In this document: positions 8,327-20,075 of the stretch, one piece after another
Layout of the letters: each line of letters opens with the position of its first letter
Numbering within the stretch: position 1 is the first letter of the stretch
NCBI RefSeq assembly: GCF_000007185.1
Contig: NC_003551.1
Location: 180,001 to 212,000, forward strand
Length of the DNA: 32,000 nt
Origin: Methanopyrus kandleri AV19
GTDB lineage: Archaea > JAADCQ01 > Methanopyri > Methanopyrales > Methanopyraceae
Direction of reading: 5' to 3'
The notes under the pieces: generated by a model
The model's input: the letters and a program-made list of their open reading frames with translations, nothing else
Told to the model about the DNA's origin: nothing
Databases searched by the model: none
Position numbers and translations under genes: made by a program

Positions 8327-8359
8327 GCGGTCGTTCGTTATAACCCCCATAACGTTATC

Positions 8360-9619
8360 CTAGGCTGGAGGTAGCGCCGACTTCACGTGTTCCACGATTC
8401 TCCGAACGCGGGACTCGTCGTCTCTCGTCTCCGGACGCACGTACACCCTAACGGTGGGTATCTCGGAGAGCGTGCGCTCCTTCAGCGTCGCCACGATGTC
8501 GGAAACCTCGGATAGCGGGACATCACCATTACGCGTCCTCACGATCACCTCGTCGGAAGAGGGATCGTAAGGAACCACCTTCGAGGAATCCAACAGCACT
8601 CCGAAGGATTCTCCCAGGTGTTCCTCGGAGGTCTCCACGGCTACCTTGAAGAGCTCACCATGTCTCGGTTCCACGGCCGCCTGGTACTCGGCCACACACT
8701 TGTACAAGCGCCGGTTCTTCAGGACCTCCACGAATTCACGGCTCTCGGGGTTCTCCTCCAACGCGCGTAGTAGGGCGGAGTCGTCCATGCTTTGAAACGC
8801 GGATAGTGCGTCTTCGCTTCGACTCAGCCGATCCGGGTCGAATATACGGAGGTCCAGGTCGCCGTCCTCGGCGGCAACGTGCATCGCCCAGAGTAACATC
8901 GCGTCGCCGGCACGGCATGTCTTGTGGAAATACACCGCCCTGTACATGTGGTAGCGGGATATCAGCACGGACTCCGCCGCTTCCAACCCCTTCTCATGTA
9001 CGACCACGGGATCACCCAACTCCAGGGTGTGCAGGAGCCTGTCGAGTTCGATGCGGCCGTACTCCACGCTGGCGTGAAGGGAATCACGCATGAGGTAGTC
9101 CAGGCGGTCTACACCGAGGTTCCCGGCGATCACGGAGTGGAGTACGCCAGTCCATCCATCGCCGGGTCCGAACGCCACTTCCAAGGTAACCTCGACGTCC
9201 ATGGCGTCGGCCCTCTCCAGCACGACCTTAGCTACGGCACGACCGATGTCCTCGTGATCGACCCCGAGCTCCTCCTCCAACAGCGGTTCCGGGACATGCG
9301 AAAAGGGCGGATGCCCCACATCATGCAACAGACCGGCCAGCCCTAGCACCTCCTCGATGTAGGATCTCGAGAACTTACCGACGTCCGGCACGTTACGCTT
9401 GAGCTCTTCCCAGTGAATCTCCATCACGCGGTCACACAGGTACTTCACGCCCAAGCTATGTTCGAGCCTCGTGTGGGTGGCGCCAGGGTATACCAGCTCC
9501 GCGAGACCCAACTGCCGGACTCTCCTCAACCGTTGGACTTCGGGTGAGTCCAGTACGCGCTCCTCAGCCCCCTGTAGCTCGACGAATCCGTGGACTGGTA
9601 TCCTGATGATCCGGCCCAT
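8360..9619 (-). CDS. HD-domain metal-dependent phosphohydrolase (SAMHD1/dGTPase-like, COG1078-type)
   Basis: RLEHSLGV and LHDVGHPPFSH HD motifs, plus N-terminal RIPVHGFVEL...VQRLRRVRQLG pattern. Start trimmed to ATG 9619, preceded by GGGGGAAAGAGG. Overlaps the upstream gene end by 56 nt. Confidence 0.75.
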   Translation of the reverse strand: MGRIIRIPVHGFVELQGAEERVLDSPEVQRLRRVRQLGLAELVYPGATHTRLEHSLGVKYLCDRVMEIHWEELKRNVPDVGKFSRSYIEEVLGLAGLLHDVGHPPFSHVPEPLLEEELGVDHEDIGRAVAKVVLERADAMDVEVTLEVAFGPGDGWTGVLHSVIAGNLGVDRLDYLMRDSLHASVEYGRIELDRLLHTLELGDPVVVHEKGLEAAESVLISRYHMYRAVYFHKTCRAGDAMLLWAMHVAAEDGDLDLRIFDPDRLSRSEDALSAFQSMDDSALLRALEENPESREFVEVLKNRRLYKCVAEYQAAVEPRHGELFKVAVETSEEHLGESFGVLLDSSKVVPYDPSSDEVIVRTRNGDVPLSEVSDIVATLKERTLSEIPTVRVYVRPETRDDESRVRRIVEHVKSALPPA

Positions 9620-10313
9620 CCTCTTTCCCCCGTAGCTCTCGTTCGACTTTCTCGACGGCCCACTGGTACTCCTCACTCCAAATCGTCCTCTTGACGACTT
9701 CCAGAGCCCTTTTGCAGGCGTCCACGTGGTCCTCATCTAAGTGGATTCGAGTCAACTCCACGAGCGCTTCCAGTAAGGCGGACTCACCCCGGACTAGAGC
9801 TCGGGGACGGGGGTGGAGGAGCCCCCACCCTACAACCTGCAACTCCGCCGTCAGCGGTTTCCCTTCGTGGATCTCCTTAGCTTCCAGCTCAAGGTAAGCC
9901 CTGGTCCCCTCCGCGACCTTGGTCCCGTCCCCGACGGTCTCGATAGCCAACTCCTTCGACAGCGCTTTCAAGAAGCGGATGGGATCAGGTACTATACACG
10001 CGGTGAGCTCTTCGGTTCGAACGAAGTTCTCGTAGGTACGAGAGCCCGGGTACAGGTTCACGACGATGGAATCCCCGCGCACGCGCAGCCCCACAGGTGC
10101 TACGTTTTCACCCGCCGGCCCGTCGGTCACCGCGAGAACTTCATTGACGGCATCCCGGCGCAGTCCGAAGAACTCCAGGGGAGGTTCGATCTCCCCGCTC
10201 AAGATCTTCTCGGCGATCCGCCGTGCCTCCTCCGGAGTACTTACACGGAACAGCTCGGGACAGGAGAGTACCCTGGCGAGGTACACCGTCAGGGTCTCAT
10301 CCCCAGATAGCAA
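9564..10313 (-). CDS. DUF447-like (FMN-binding split-barrel-like) protein
   Basis: Pattern NEVLAVTDGPAGENVAPVGLRV...VNLYPGSRTYENF resembles the DUF447 family. TTG start at 10313 (25-nt overlap with the upstream gene) or GTG at 10286. Family call is from memory of the sequence pattern. Confidence 0.5.
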   Translation of the reverse strand: MLSGDETLTVYLARVLSCPELFRVSTPEEARRIAEKILSGEIEPPLEFFGLRRDAVNEVLAVTDGPAGENVAPVGLRVRGDSIVVNLYPGSRTYENFVRTEELTACIVPDPIRFLKALSKELAIETVGDGTKVAEGTRAYLELEAKEIHEGKPLTAELQVVGWGLLHPRPRALVRGESALLEALVELTRIHLDEDHVDACKRALEVVKRTIWSEEYQWAVEKVERELRGKEDGPDHQDTSPRIRRATGG

Positions 10314-11182
10314 GCGTACCCTACCCCCGCCGCCAACAGATCGGCCGTCGAGCCTGGGTTTATACCATCCTCGTGTAACTCACGGTCGAGCTCATAGAGG
10401 GCTCGGGTTTCGGTCACCGGTCTGTCCCCAGCGATCCGCAGGATTTCCTGTGCAGCCTCGGAAACTCGTAAAGCCACCCTGAATCCGTGCTTCCTCCAAA
10501 TCAGCGTATCCGGCCGCGTGGCGAGCTCTTCTAGGAACGTTCGAACCACCGCCTCGTTGATGTCGTACTCCTCGCGCAGCTCTATCACACGGAGGCCGAT
10601 TCGAAGACTGCGCTCGAGTCCGCGCACCCAATCCTCGGCTACCGCATCACGGTGCGCGGCCGCCTGCAGCGCCTCGTACATCGTTATCCCCTTCTCCAGC
10701 ACGTCCTCCGGACGTGAAACGTCCGGAGCCCTGGATCCCCGGATCCTGCGCATCCCGCCGGCACCGGCCAACCTGATAGCCCGGTACAAGTAGTACGCAT
10801 CCCGCTCCTCGGTCTCCTTCGCCAACTTCAGGGCCTCACGCCGAACGTCGCTGGGATCCAAGGAAGCACGGGCAAGAGCTGAAGCTAGCAGGACGTCGAG
10901 GAGCAGGATACCAAGATTCGTGTTCCCACCGGTGTGAGCCGACATGGAGTGTCGAACCGCCTCGTAGAGGTAGCGCCCGAGCGGGACGCGCTCTCCCCTG
11001 GTCGCCATCTCCGCCACTTCTCGGAGTACCGGCTGTGCGGCGACGGCGCTGGCCAGGAAGTGCTCGAACCTGGTGTCGTCGAAATCCCTGGTTCTGTGGA
11101 CGTTTCCGGGCTTAGGCCAACTTGAGACCTCCAGAAGCGCTCCGAGGGTTAAGCTGACGGCGATACGCTCCGGCTCGTTCAC
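10289..11182 (-). CDS. CitG-like triphosphoribosyl-dephospho-CoA synthase family protein
   Basis: SWPKPGNVHRTRDFDDTRFEHFLASAVA matches the CitG N-terminal KPG...D..F motif region. Start trimmed to GTG 11182, which overlaps the PAP2 stop (GTGA). The ORF-track extension to 11389 overlaps the PAP2 gene. Confidence 0.6.
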   Translation of the reverse strand: MNEPERIAVSLTLGALLEVSSWPKPGNVHRTRDFDDTRFEHFLASAVAAQPVLREVAEMATRGERVPLGRYLYEAVRHSMSAHTGGNTNLGILLLDVLLASALARASLDPSDVRREALKLAKETEERDAYYLYRAIRLAGAGGMRRIRGSRAPDVSRPEDVLEKGITMYEALQAAAHRDAVAEDWVRGLERSLRIGLRVIELREEYDINEAVVRTFLEELATRPDTLIWRKHGFRVALRVSEAAQEILRIAGDRPVTETRALYELDRELHEDGINPGSTADLLAAGVGYACYLGMRP

Positions 11183-11625
11183 CAAATGACGAACCACCCC
11201 ACTACGTAGCCGAGGAGGAACCCCGCCACCACGTCTGACGGGTAGTGAGCCCGGGAAAGCACTCTGGATATCGCCACGATGATGGCCACTACGACGACCA
11301 CGATCCCCAAATTGGAGGACAGCTTCCAGAACACCGGGATTAGCGAAGCCACTCTGGCGGTATGGGTGCTGGGGAAAGAATACCCCCACGGAGTTCTACC
11401 TTCTCTCTGGGGTCGGGGTCTACCGACGACCACCTTCAAAATCTCGCTGGATACCATGGAAAGGACCAGCGCTTCGAGCACCTGGAAACCCAGCGGACGG
11501 TCGAACAGCATTAGGATCAGAGAAGAGGGGAATAAAACCCAACCACTGAAGATGAAACCGATGAGCTCGAAGACCGGGTGGGGCCGTCTCGGGATCTTCT
11601 CGATCACGCGATGATCGAACCGCAC
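11179..11625 (-). CDS. PAP2-family membrane phosphatase
   Basis: All three PAP2 motifs are present: KVVVGRPRP, SFPSTH, SRVLSRAHYPSDV, along with hydrophobic segments. Start trimmed to GTG 11625, overlapping the hemB TAG by 1 nt. Confidence 0.7.
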   Translation of the reverse strand: MRFDHRVIEKIPRRPHPVFELIGFIFSGWVLFPSSLILMLFDRPLGFQVLEALVLSMVSSEILKVVVGRPRPQREGRTPWGYSFPSTHTARVASLIPVFWKLSSNLGIVVVVVAIIVAISRVLSRAHYPSDVVAGFLLGYVVGWFVIW

Positions 11626-12602
11626 TACGATTTCAGCCACCGCACCACCTCCGGAGCGAAGTACGTGAGTATCAAATCCGCCCCAGCTCTCTTGATGCAC
11701 GTTAGGGACTCCAGCACAGCGGTCCGGTAATCCACGTACCCCGCCTCGGCCGCCGCCTTGATCATCGCGTATTCACCGCTAACCTGATAGGCCGCGATGG
11801 GGTGGTCGAACCTCCGCCGAGCCTCGCGCACCACGTCCAGGTAGGGCATCGCCGGCTTAATCATTAAGATGTCCGCTCCCTCCTCGGCGTCTAGCTCCAG
11901 CTCGCGGATCGCCTGGCGGAAGCACCGAGGATCCATCTGGTAAGTGCTCCGATCCCCGAACTCCGGTGCCGAGTCCGCTGCGTCCCGGAACGGGCCGTAG
12001 AACGCGCTGTGATACTTGGCCGCATAAGACATGATCAGGACATCGTCGAAACCCTCGCTCTCAAGCGCCTCTCTAATCACCTTCACCCGACCGTCCATCA
12101 TATCGGAGGGGGCGACTATGTCGGCCCCGGCTTCGGCGTGGGAAAGAGCCACCTCCGCCAAGACCTCCAGGGTGGGGTCGTTCAGCACCTTACCCGTATC
12201 CTCGTCGACGAGGCCGCAATGACCGTGGGTAGTGTACTGGCAGAGACAAACGTCCGTGACCACGACAATGTCGTCGCCGTACTCCTCCTTGAGCGCCCGC
12301 ACGGTCCTTTGGACTATACCCTCGGGATCCGCGGCGACTCGACCTTCAGGGTCCTTTTCTCTCGGGATCCCGAAGAGTATGAACGCCCGTAGGCCCAGGT
12401 CCAGGAGTTCTCTAACTGTCTCGACGGCAGTTTCCACGGAGTGGTAGCGTTGACCGGGCATTGAGGGAATTTCGTGGGTCTTCCCGTCCTCACGTACGAA
12501 GATCGGGTAGATTAGATCGTCCGGGCGCACTTCCGTTTCGGCGACGAGATCACGGATCGCCTCGGACTTACGATACCTGCGCATGCGGACGGTCGGATAC
12601 AA
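11625..12602 (-). CDS. hemB: Porphobilinogen synthase (delta-aminolevulinate dehydratase), zinc type
   Basis: YPTVRMRRYR N-terminus, Cys-rich zinc site DVCLCQYTTHGHCG, PSDMMDGR, YQVSGEYAM. Start placed at TTG 12602, preceded by GGGGGAGAGACGGA, giving 325 aa. The ORF is open up to ATG 12704. Confidence 0.85.
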   Translation of the reverse strand: MYPTVRMRRYRKSEAIRDLVAETEVRPDDLIYPIFVREDGKTHEIPSMPGQRYHSVETAVETVRELLDLGLRAFILFGIPREKDPEGRVAADPEGIVQRTVRALKEEYGDDIVVVTDVCLCQYTTHGHCGLVDEDTGKVLNDPTLEVLAEVALSHAEAGADIVAPSDMMDGRVKVIREALESEGFDDVLIMSYAAKYHSAFYGPFRDAADSAPEFGDRSTYQMDPRCFRQAIRELELDAEEGADILMIKPAMPYLDVVREARRRFDHPIAAYQVSGEYAMIKAAAEAGYVDYRTAVLESLTCIKRAGADLILTYFAPEVVRWLKS

Positions 12603-12675
12603 TCCGTCTCTCCCCCACGGGGAGTGCTTCAAGTTGATACGCGGGAGGAAGGAGTCCCGTGAAACGGCGTTCGGT

Positions 12676-13491
12676 GTGGTAGACGTGTTCAAAGAGGCGT
12701 TCATAAAGTGGTCGGAGGGATGGGCGCGGCTGAAGGAGTTCGACCGGGAAGAAATGCTAAGCGCTTATTCTAGCTTCTTTCGGAGTCGATTTGGGGTGAA
12801 TTTTAAGGAGAGAAACGTTGTGGAACTTTTGAATCTTATTTACAGAATAGCCGTCGAGTATAGGAATATACTCGACGTAGGTGAGAAGACTTTAACTGGC
12901 AAATTACGTACATATTTCATTCCTGTTATAATGGTAATTATGGTAAAACAGTTTTATGGAAGAATTAAAAGAAAAGAAGCAATGAAGTACGTACGGGACG
13001 CATTACAGTTTTACAAGACGGCGTATGAGTTATCAGGTAGGGAAGAAGGATTTGAGGAAATATTGGTTGGATCCTTATTACCTATTGAAGTGCGTAAGGG
13101 AGAGAAATTGCCGAAATTCTTCGAAGAATCGTTTAAAGATAGCACCATTAGGAAATTTTTAGGGTTAGAAAGCGAGTCTGGCTCGGTAAAATTTGGACTT
13201 GGATGTGTATTCATTCCATCATGGCAATTTCGCGAGCTAAGGGCTGAGATAAAATTCGGAAAAGGGTTCGGTAGAGACGGAGGTTATGTAGAGTACGTGG
13301 TGCACAGAGCGGGAACGTTTCGTGAGTGTTTACTCATGGTCCCACAGCTGAGACTCGTACTCGTGGAGAACGCCGATACTCCCGACAAGCGGGTGTTCTT
13401 ACCGTTCGATATGTTGGAGCTCGTACCACCGGATCCGGCGGCGAGGATGAAACTGGAGAGTCTAGCCGTTAAGCTCACTCGCCCGTCTTAG
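12676..13491 (+). CDS. Orphan hypothetical protein with an AT-rich core
   Basis: The frame stays open across about 540 bp of AT-rich DNA (12750-13290), where stop codons would be frequent by chance. Lys/Ile/Phe/Tyr-rich product with no recognised motif. Start uncertain: GTG 12676, ATG 12756 or ATG 12583. Confidence 0.5.
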   Translation: MVDVFKEAFIKWSEGWARLKEFDREEMLSAYSSFFRSRFGVNFKERNVVELLNLIYRIAVEYRNILDVGEKTLTGKLRTYFIPVIMVIMVKQFYGRIKRKEAMKYVRDALQFYKTAYELSGREEGFEEILVGSLLPIEVRKGEKLPKFFEESFKDSTIRKFLGLESESGSVKFGLGCVFIPSWQFRELRAEIKFGKGFGRDGGYVEYVVHRAGTFRECLLMVPQLRLVLVENADTPDKRVFLPFDMLELVPPDPAARMKLESLAVKLTRPS

Positions 13492-14676
13492 GGCCCTGCA
13501 CGCCGCTCTACGGTACTCGTCCGGCAGCTCCATGATCGCGGACGTCAGGACGTTGATCAGCCGCTTGGTGTAAGCCTCCGCGAAGTCTTGGAGGACGTTT
13601 TCCGGATCTCCCGTCTTCAACCTCCGCAGTGCGCGCTCGAGCTCCCGATCCTTAATTTCATGCAGCGACTTCGCGACATCGGCCACGAGGCGTCGCTCCT
13701 TCAGCTTTTCAAGCTCTTCTTCCACGGTTGAGAGTTCCTCTTCGATTAGCTTCTCCACCTTGGGAATCTCTTTACGCCGCCTCTCGAGGTTCTCCCGCGC
13801 GATCACTCGGAGATCATCGATAGTGCGTACCTCGACGTCTTCGATGTTCTCCACTCCCTCTTCGACGTCTCTGGGATTAGCGATATCGATTATCAGGATC
13901 GGGGATCGACGATCTCTCTTACGCAAGGCTTCTCTAACGTCGTCGACATGGATCACGGGATGTGGGGCGGCCGTCGCTGAAACCACGACATCCGACCGGG
14001 CGAGATGATCCACGAGCTCGTCGAACCGTACCGCCTCTCCGCCCAGATCCCTCGCGAGCTCGACGGCTCGCTCGTAGGTGCGGTTCGCCACGAGAACTGC
14101 TCTGACGCCCCTATCGACTAGGGACTTAGCCACGGTCTTTCCCATCTCACCGGCGCCGACTACGAGAACGGTCTTATCGTGGAGGGATCCCAGCTCCCGC
14201 TCCGCCAGCTCGACAGCGGCGGATCCTATAGACACCGCACCTTCACTGATCCGAGTCTCCTCCCGGGCCCGTTTGCCCAGGTTGATCGCCCTCCGGAAGA
14301 CTATCTTGAGGGCTTCATCCAACGTACCCAACCGTGCGGCACGGTCGTACGCCTTTTTCACCTGACGTAGGATTTCCTGCTCCCCCACCATCATCGACTC
14401 CAGCCCACAAGCGACACGGAATAGGTGCCTCACAGCTTCCGAACCTCGTTTAACCCAAGCATCGTCGTGTATGAGATCCCCAAGCTCCTCGGCACGATCC
14501 CTAGCCCCCGAGGCGTACACCTCGACGCGGTTGCATGTCTGAAGGAGGACACAGCCGGAGAGTCCGAAGGACTCGACGATGTCCCTCACAGCCTCATCGG
14601 ACTCGAACCTGGCCTTCTCCAGCTCCTCTACTTCCGCCTCCTTGTGGGTGATACCGACGCACACCAGGTCCTCCAT
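13462..14676 (-). CDS. hemA: Glutamyl-tRNA reductase
   Basis: ATG start. GITHK, active-site LLQTCNRVEVY, NADPH fold VLVVGAGEMGK. Confidence 0.88.
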   Translation of the reverse strand: MEDLVCVGITHKEAEVEELEKARFESDEAVRDIVESFGLSGCVLLQTCNRVEVYASGARDRAEELGDLIHDDAWVKRGSEAVRHLFRVACGLESMMVGEQEILRQVKKAYDRAARLGTLDEALKIVFRRAINLGKRAREETRISEGAVSIGSAAVELAERELGSLHDKTVLVVGAGEMGKTVAKSLVDRGVRAVLVANRTYERAVELARDLGGEAVRFDELVDHLARSDVVVSATAAPHPVIHVDDVREALRKRDRRSPILIIDIANPRDVEEGVENIEDVEVRTIDDLRVIARENLERRRKEIPKVEKLIEEELSTVEEELEKLKERRLVADVAKSLHEIKDRELERALRRLKTGDPENVLQDFAEAYTKRLINVLTSAIMELPDEYRRAACRALRRASELNG

Positions 14677-14762
14677 CTACCTCCCTCCTCGCGGTTGTCG
14701 GTCAACGTGGTCGCACGATGTTAATTAGCGGCCGGTTCCATCGTGGCAGGGGGGAGAATCCC

Positions 14763-15011
14763 GTGTCGAAGTCCGAAGCCATGGCCCACCTTTCCGTCAT
14801 GGAAGCGACCTATAACGTGAAGATCAAGAACAAGGAGGAGGCTGCCGAGGCGATCGCGGAGAAGGCGATGGAGTTCGGAGTCGAACCCATCCACATCTGC
14901 ACTGCCCTCAACACTTGGCTGGCCCGCATGATGTCGGAGGGAGAAATCGAGGAGGGTGACGAAATAGAGATTCCACGGGAGCTCATCGAAGGTATCGAGG
15001 TGAAGGGCTAA
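14763..15011 (+). CDS. Small acidic hypothetical protein
   Basis: 82-aa ORF from GTG 14763, with GGGGGGAG 7 nt upstream; ATG 14781 is an alternative. Glu-rich like other proteins here. No family recognised. Confidence 0.45.
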   Translation: MSKSEAMAHLSVMEATYNVKIKNKEEAAEAIAEKAMEFGVEPIHICTALNTWLARMMSEGEIEEGDEIEIPRELIEGIEVKG

Positions 15012-15703
15012 CCCAAGATGCCGGCGGCCAGCTCGAAGGCCGTGACGATTCGTGCAGCCACCGTCCACGCGTCCAGGGGTTCGTCGTATATTCGAACGAC
15101 ATCGTCCGCACGATCGTAGAACTCCTCCGAGAAGTCCCCCTTCGGGAAGCCACCCACCACGACTCCTATCCTTTCCACGCCGGCGTCCAGGAGCCCGGCC
15201 ATATAGCCGACGGGTTCGATCAGATCGCCTCGTTCGGAAAGTAACACGTTGACCTCGTTGGCCTCCAGCACGTCCCACACGCTGACATCCAGGACCTCTA
15301 TCAGCGGCTCATCGGAATCCGGAGGCGCCTGACCCTCCTTGAGGACCTGCTCCATGAGCCCAATGAACCGATACTGATCCCTCGGTAGCCTGACGTCTCC
15401 ACGGAACCATATGACGCGGTCATGTCTGGTGTGTACGTACACGTCTAGGGCGTTCTCCCGGGATGCGGGGGAGTCCAGTACGTGAAGCAGCGTCACGTGA
15501 ACTATGTCGGGGCGACCCCGACGGTCACGCTCCGGGAGCCGTTTATCGCGCATGGCTACGTGATGCTTGCTCGCTATGAGGAGACATTCTCCCGGCTTTT
15601 TCCCACGTCGTTTCGCCCACCTCACCACGTGTTGATGGCCCCTGAGCTTGGGCGGGATGAACTCCAGCTCCGACTCCGCTAGCACGAAACAAAGACGCGG
15701 CAT
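15008..15703 (-). CDS. nep1: rRNA small-subunit pseudouridine methyltransferase Nep1
   Basis: LAESELEFIP, RGRPDIVHVTLLHVLDSP, DVYVHT, LPRDQYRFIGLMEQVLK and GGFPKGDF match Nep1/Emg1. Start trimmed to ATG 15703. Confidence 0.8.
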   Translation of the reverse strand: MPRLCFVLAESELEFIPPKLRGHQHVVRWAKRRGKKPGECLLIASKHHVAMRDKRLPERDRRGRPDIVHVTLLHVLDSPASRENALDVYVHTRHDRVIWFRGDVRLPRDQYRFIGLMEQVLKEGQAPPDSDEPLIEVLDVSVWDVLEANEVNVLLSERGDLIEPVGYMAGLLDAGVERIGVVVGGFPKGDFSEEFYDRADDVVRIYDEPLDAWTVAARIVTAFELAAGILG

Positions 15704-15718
15704 GCGGGGGCTACCCCC

Positions 15719-16413
15719 GTGACGTCCCTCGTCATCACGGATATCGACGGCACGATCACGGGAGATGATAGAGCCGTCCACCTAAAGTGCATCCGGTACC
15801 TGCGGGAACTACAGAAACGCGGGATACCGGTTGGGATCGCCACCGGTAACACCCTCTGTTACTCCAGATCGGCGGCGACCCTCCTCGGCTTCGAGGGTCC
15901 ATTGATTGCGGAGAACGGAGGGATAGTCGCCGTGGACGACGAGGAGATCAGCACGGTGCCCGAAGAGGACATCGAGTTAATTCAGGAGGCGTACCGAGAG
16001 CTCCGTCGGCGACTCGGTGTGAGGCGTACCGAACCACCAGGGCTCCGCCGGACCGAGGTCGCTATCTATCGGGATGTACCCATCGAGGAAGTCGAACGCG
16101 TGTTGGATGGGCTCGGATACTCCGGCCGTATCGAGGTAGTGGACACGGGCTTCGCGTATCATTTGAAGTCCAAACGGGTGGACAAAGGGAAGGGGCTCTT
16201 AGTCATCTGTGAGCGACTCGGTATCGACCCGGACGACGTGGTGGCCATAGGAGACGGGGACAACGATGCTCCACTGTTGAAAGCGGCGGGGCTGGGCGTG
16301 GCACCCGCGAACGCCACTGAGAACGTCAAACGGATCGCGGACGTAGTACTCGACGCCGAGAACGGTGAGGGAGTCGCCACCTTCCTTCGGAAGCTCCTCG
16401 AGGAGGTGGACGC

Positions 16414-16417
<4 letters not shown>
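15719..16417 (+). CDS. HAD-IIB hydrolase, archaeal phosphoglycolate phosphatase-like
   Basis: GTG start. HAD motif I ITDIDGTIT, motif II ATGN, KGKG, motif IV GDGDNDAPL. Confidence 0.75.
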
Positions 16418-19171
<2,754 letters not shown>

Positions 19172-19347
19172 TTACGCCATCATTCGAACGATAAGACCCG
19201 AACGGTGCGCCGTAAAAAAGGACTCCTCCGCGACCGCGGGTACAGTCAGGCTAGAATCGCAACAATGATCGTCGTACTGGGTTTGGCGCGGCCAGTACGT
19301 TTGTGAGAATAACTCTCGAACGCCCGGTTCTCGGAGGTGAGAGGCCT

Positions 19348-20073
19348 TTGTACTCCATGCGAGTGGTGATCGAGGAAACCGACGTGACCATACGGGCGGA
19401 CTCGAAGGAGTCCGTATCATCGGCGGCAAAGGCCGTGAAATTGCATCGTTCCGAACTCGACCGGTACGTCGCCAAGGATCCTGCTTTCGTGACGGCCAAA
19501 GTACCGGTGAGAACGCTTGAGGGCGCCCCCGAGGTCGCGAAGCTGATGTCAAGAGCTGCGGAACCGTTCGGAGTGGGTCCGATGGCGGCGGTAGCGGGAG
19601 CCATCGCGGAGTTAGCGGCCCGAGCCTCGGAGCCGACGGTGATCGTAGACAACGGGGGCGATGTACAGGTCAGGGCCAGGAGATCCGTAGTCGTCGGCCT
19701 GTACGTCTCGGACGACCATCCTCTCTCCGGTAGAATTGGGTTCGAGATCGAAGGAGTGCTCGGAGTCTGCACCAGCTCCGGCAAGTTCGGCCACTCTTAC
19801 AGCGCCGGGAAGGCAGACGCCGTCACGGTATTCGCGGAGCGAGCTTCGCTCGCGGATGCTGCCGCCACGGCCATCTGCAACCTTACTTCCGGTGACGACC
19901 CGGAGGCCGCGGTACAGCGCGCCCTCGAGTTCGCCGACGACTTCACCGGGGACTTGATCGAAGCCGCCGTCGTTATTCGAGGGGACTTCGTCGGGATTTC
20001 CGGCCGTCCACCCAAGATCGTGTCGCTGAGAGGTGGCCGGATTAAACCAGCACGCCTCGAACCGACTATCTAG
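19348..20073 (+). CDS. UPF0280-family (ApbE-like) protein
   Basis: IEETDVTIRAD, GVGPMAAVAGAIAE and CTSSGKFGHSYSAGKADAV resemble UPF0280. Start placed at TTG 19348, 7 nt after GGAGGTGA. ATG 19357 and TTG 19303 are alternatives. Confidence 0.55.
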   Translation: MYSMRVVIEETDVTIRADSKESVSSAAKAVKLHRSELDRYVAKDPAFVTAKVPVRTLEGAPEVAKLMSRAAEPFGVGPMAAVAGAIAELAARASEPTVIVDNGGDVQVRARRSVVVGLYVSDDHPLSGRIGFEIEGVLGVCTSSGKFGHSYSAGKADAVTVFAERASLADAAATAICNLTSGDDPEAAVQRALEFADDFTGDLIEAAVVIRGDFVGISGRPPKIVSLRGGRIKPARLEPTI

Positions 20074-20075
20074 CG

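Noticed and set aside
8150-8350. N-terminal 67-codon extension of the nth ORF (MGVITNDRGRRGELNPAPHSGRAGSEVRPGDHPGGGG...)
   Set aside because: It is Gly/Pro/Arg-rich with no Nth homology, and it is exactly antisense to a well-formed tRNA-Sec. The conserved Nth N-terminus begins at ATG 8149.
12750-13290. AT-rich island considered as a replication origin or non-coding element
   Set aside because: A single reading frame stays open through the whole AT-rich stretch. I saw no repeated ORB-like boxes or inverted repeats, only a 9-nt in-frame microduplication. A coding explanation fits better.
14721-15278. 185-aa minus-strand ORF. Similar off-frame or antisense ORFs include 626..883, 666..1052, 1094..1799, 6116..6439, 19251..19784, 19612..20214, 28257..28781 and 29708..30199.
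   Set aside because: Their translations are Arg/Ser/Pro/Gly-rich and of low complexity, as expected for shadow frames in GC-rich DNA. They overlap genes that have clear family motifs.
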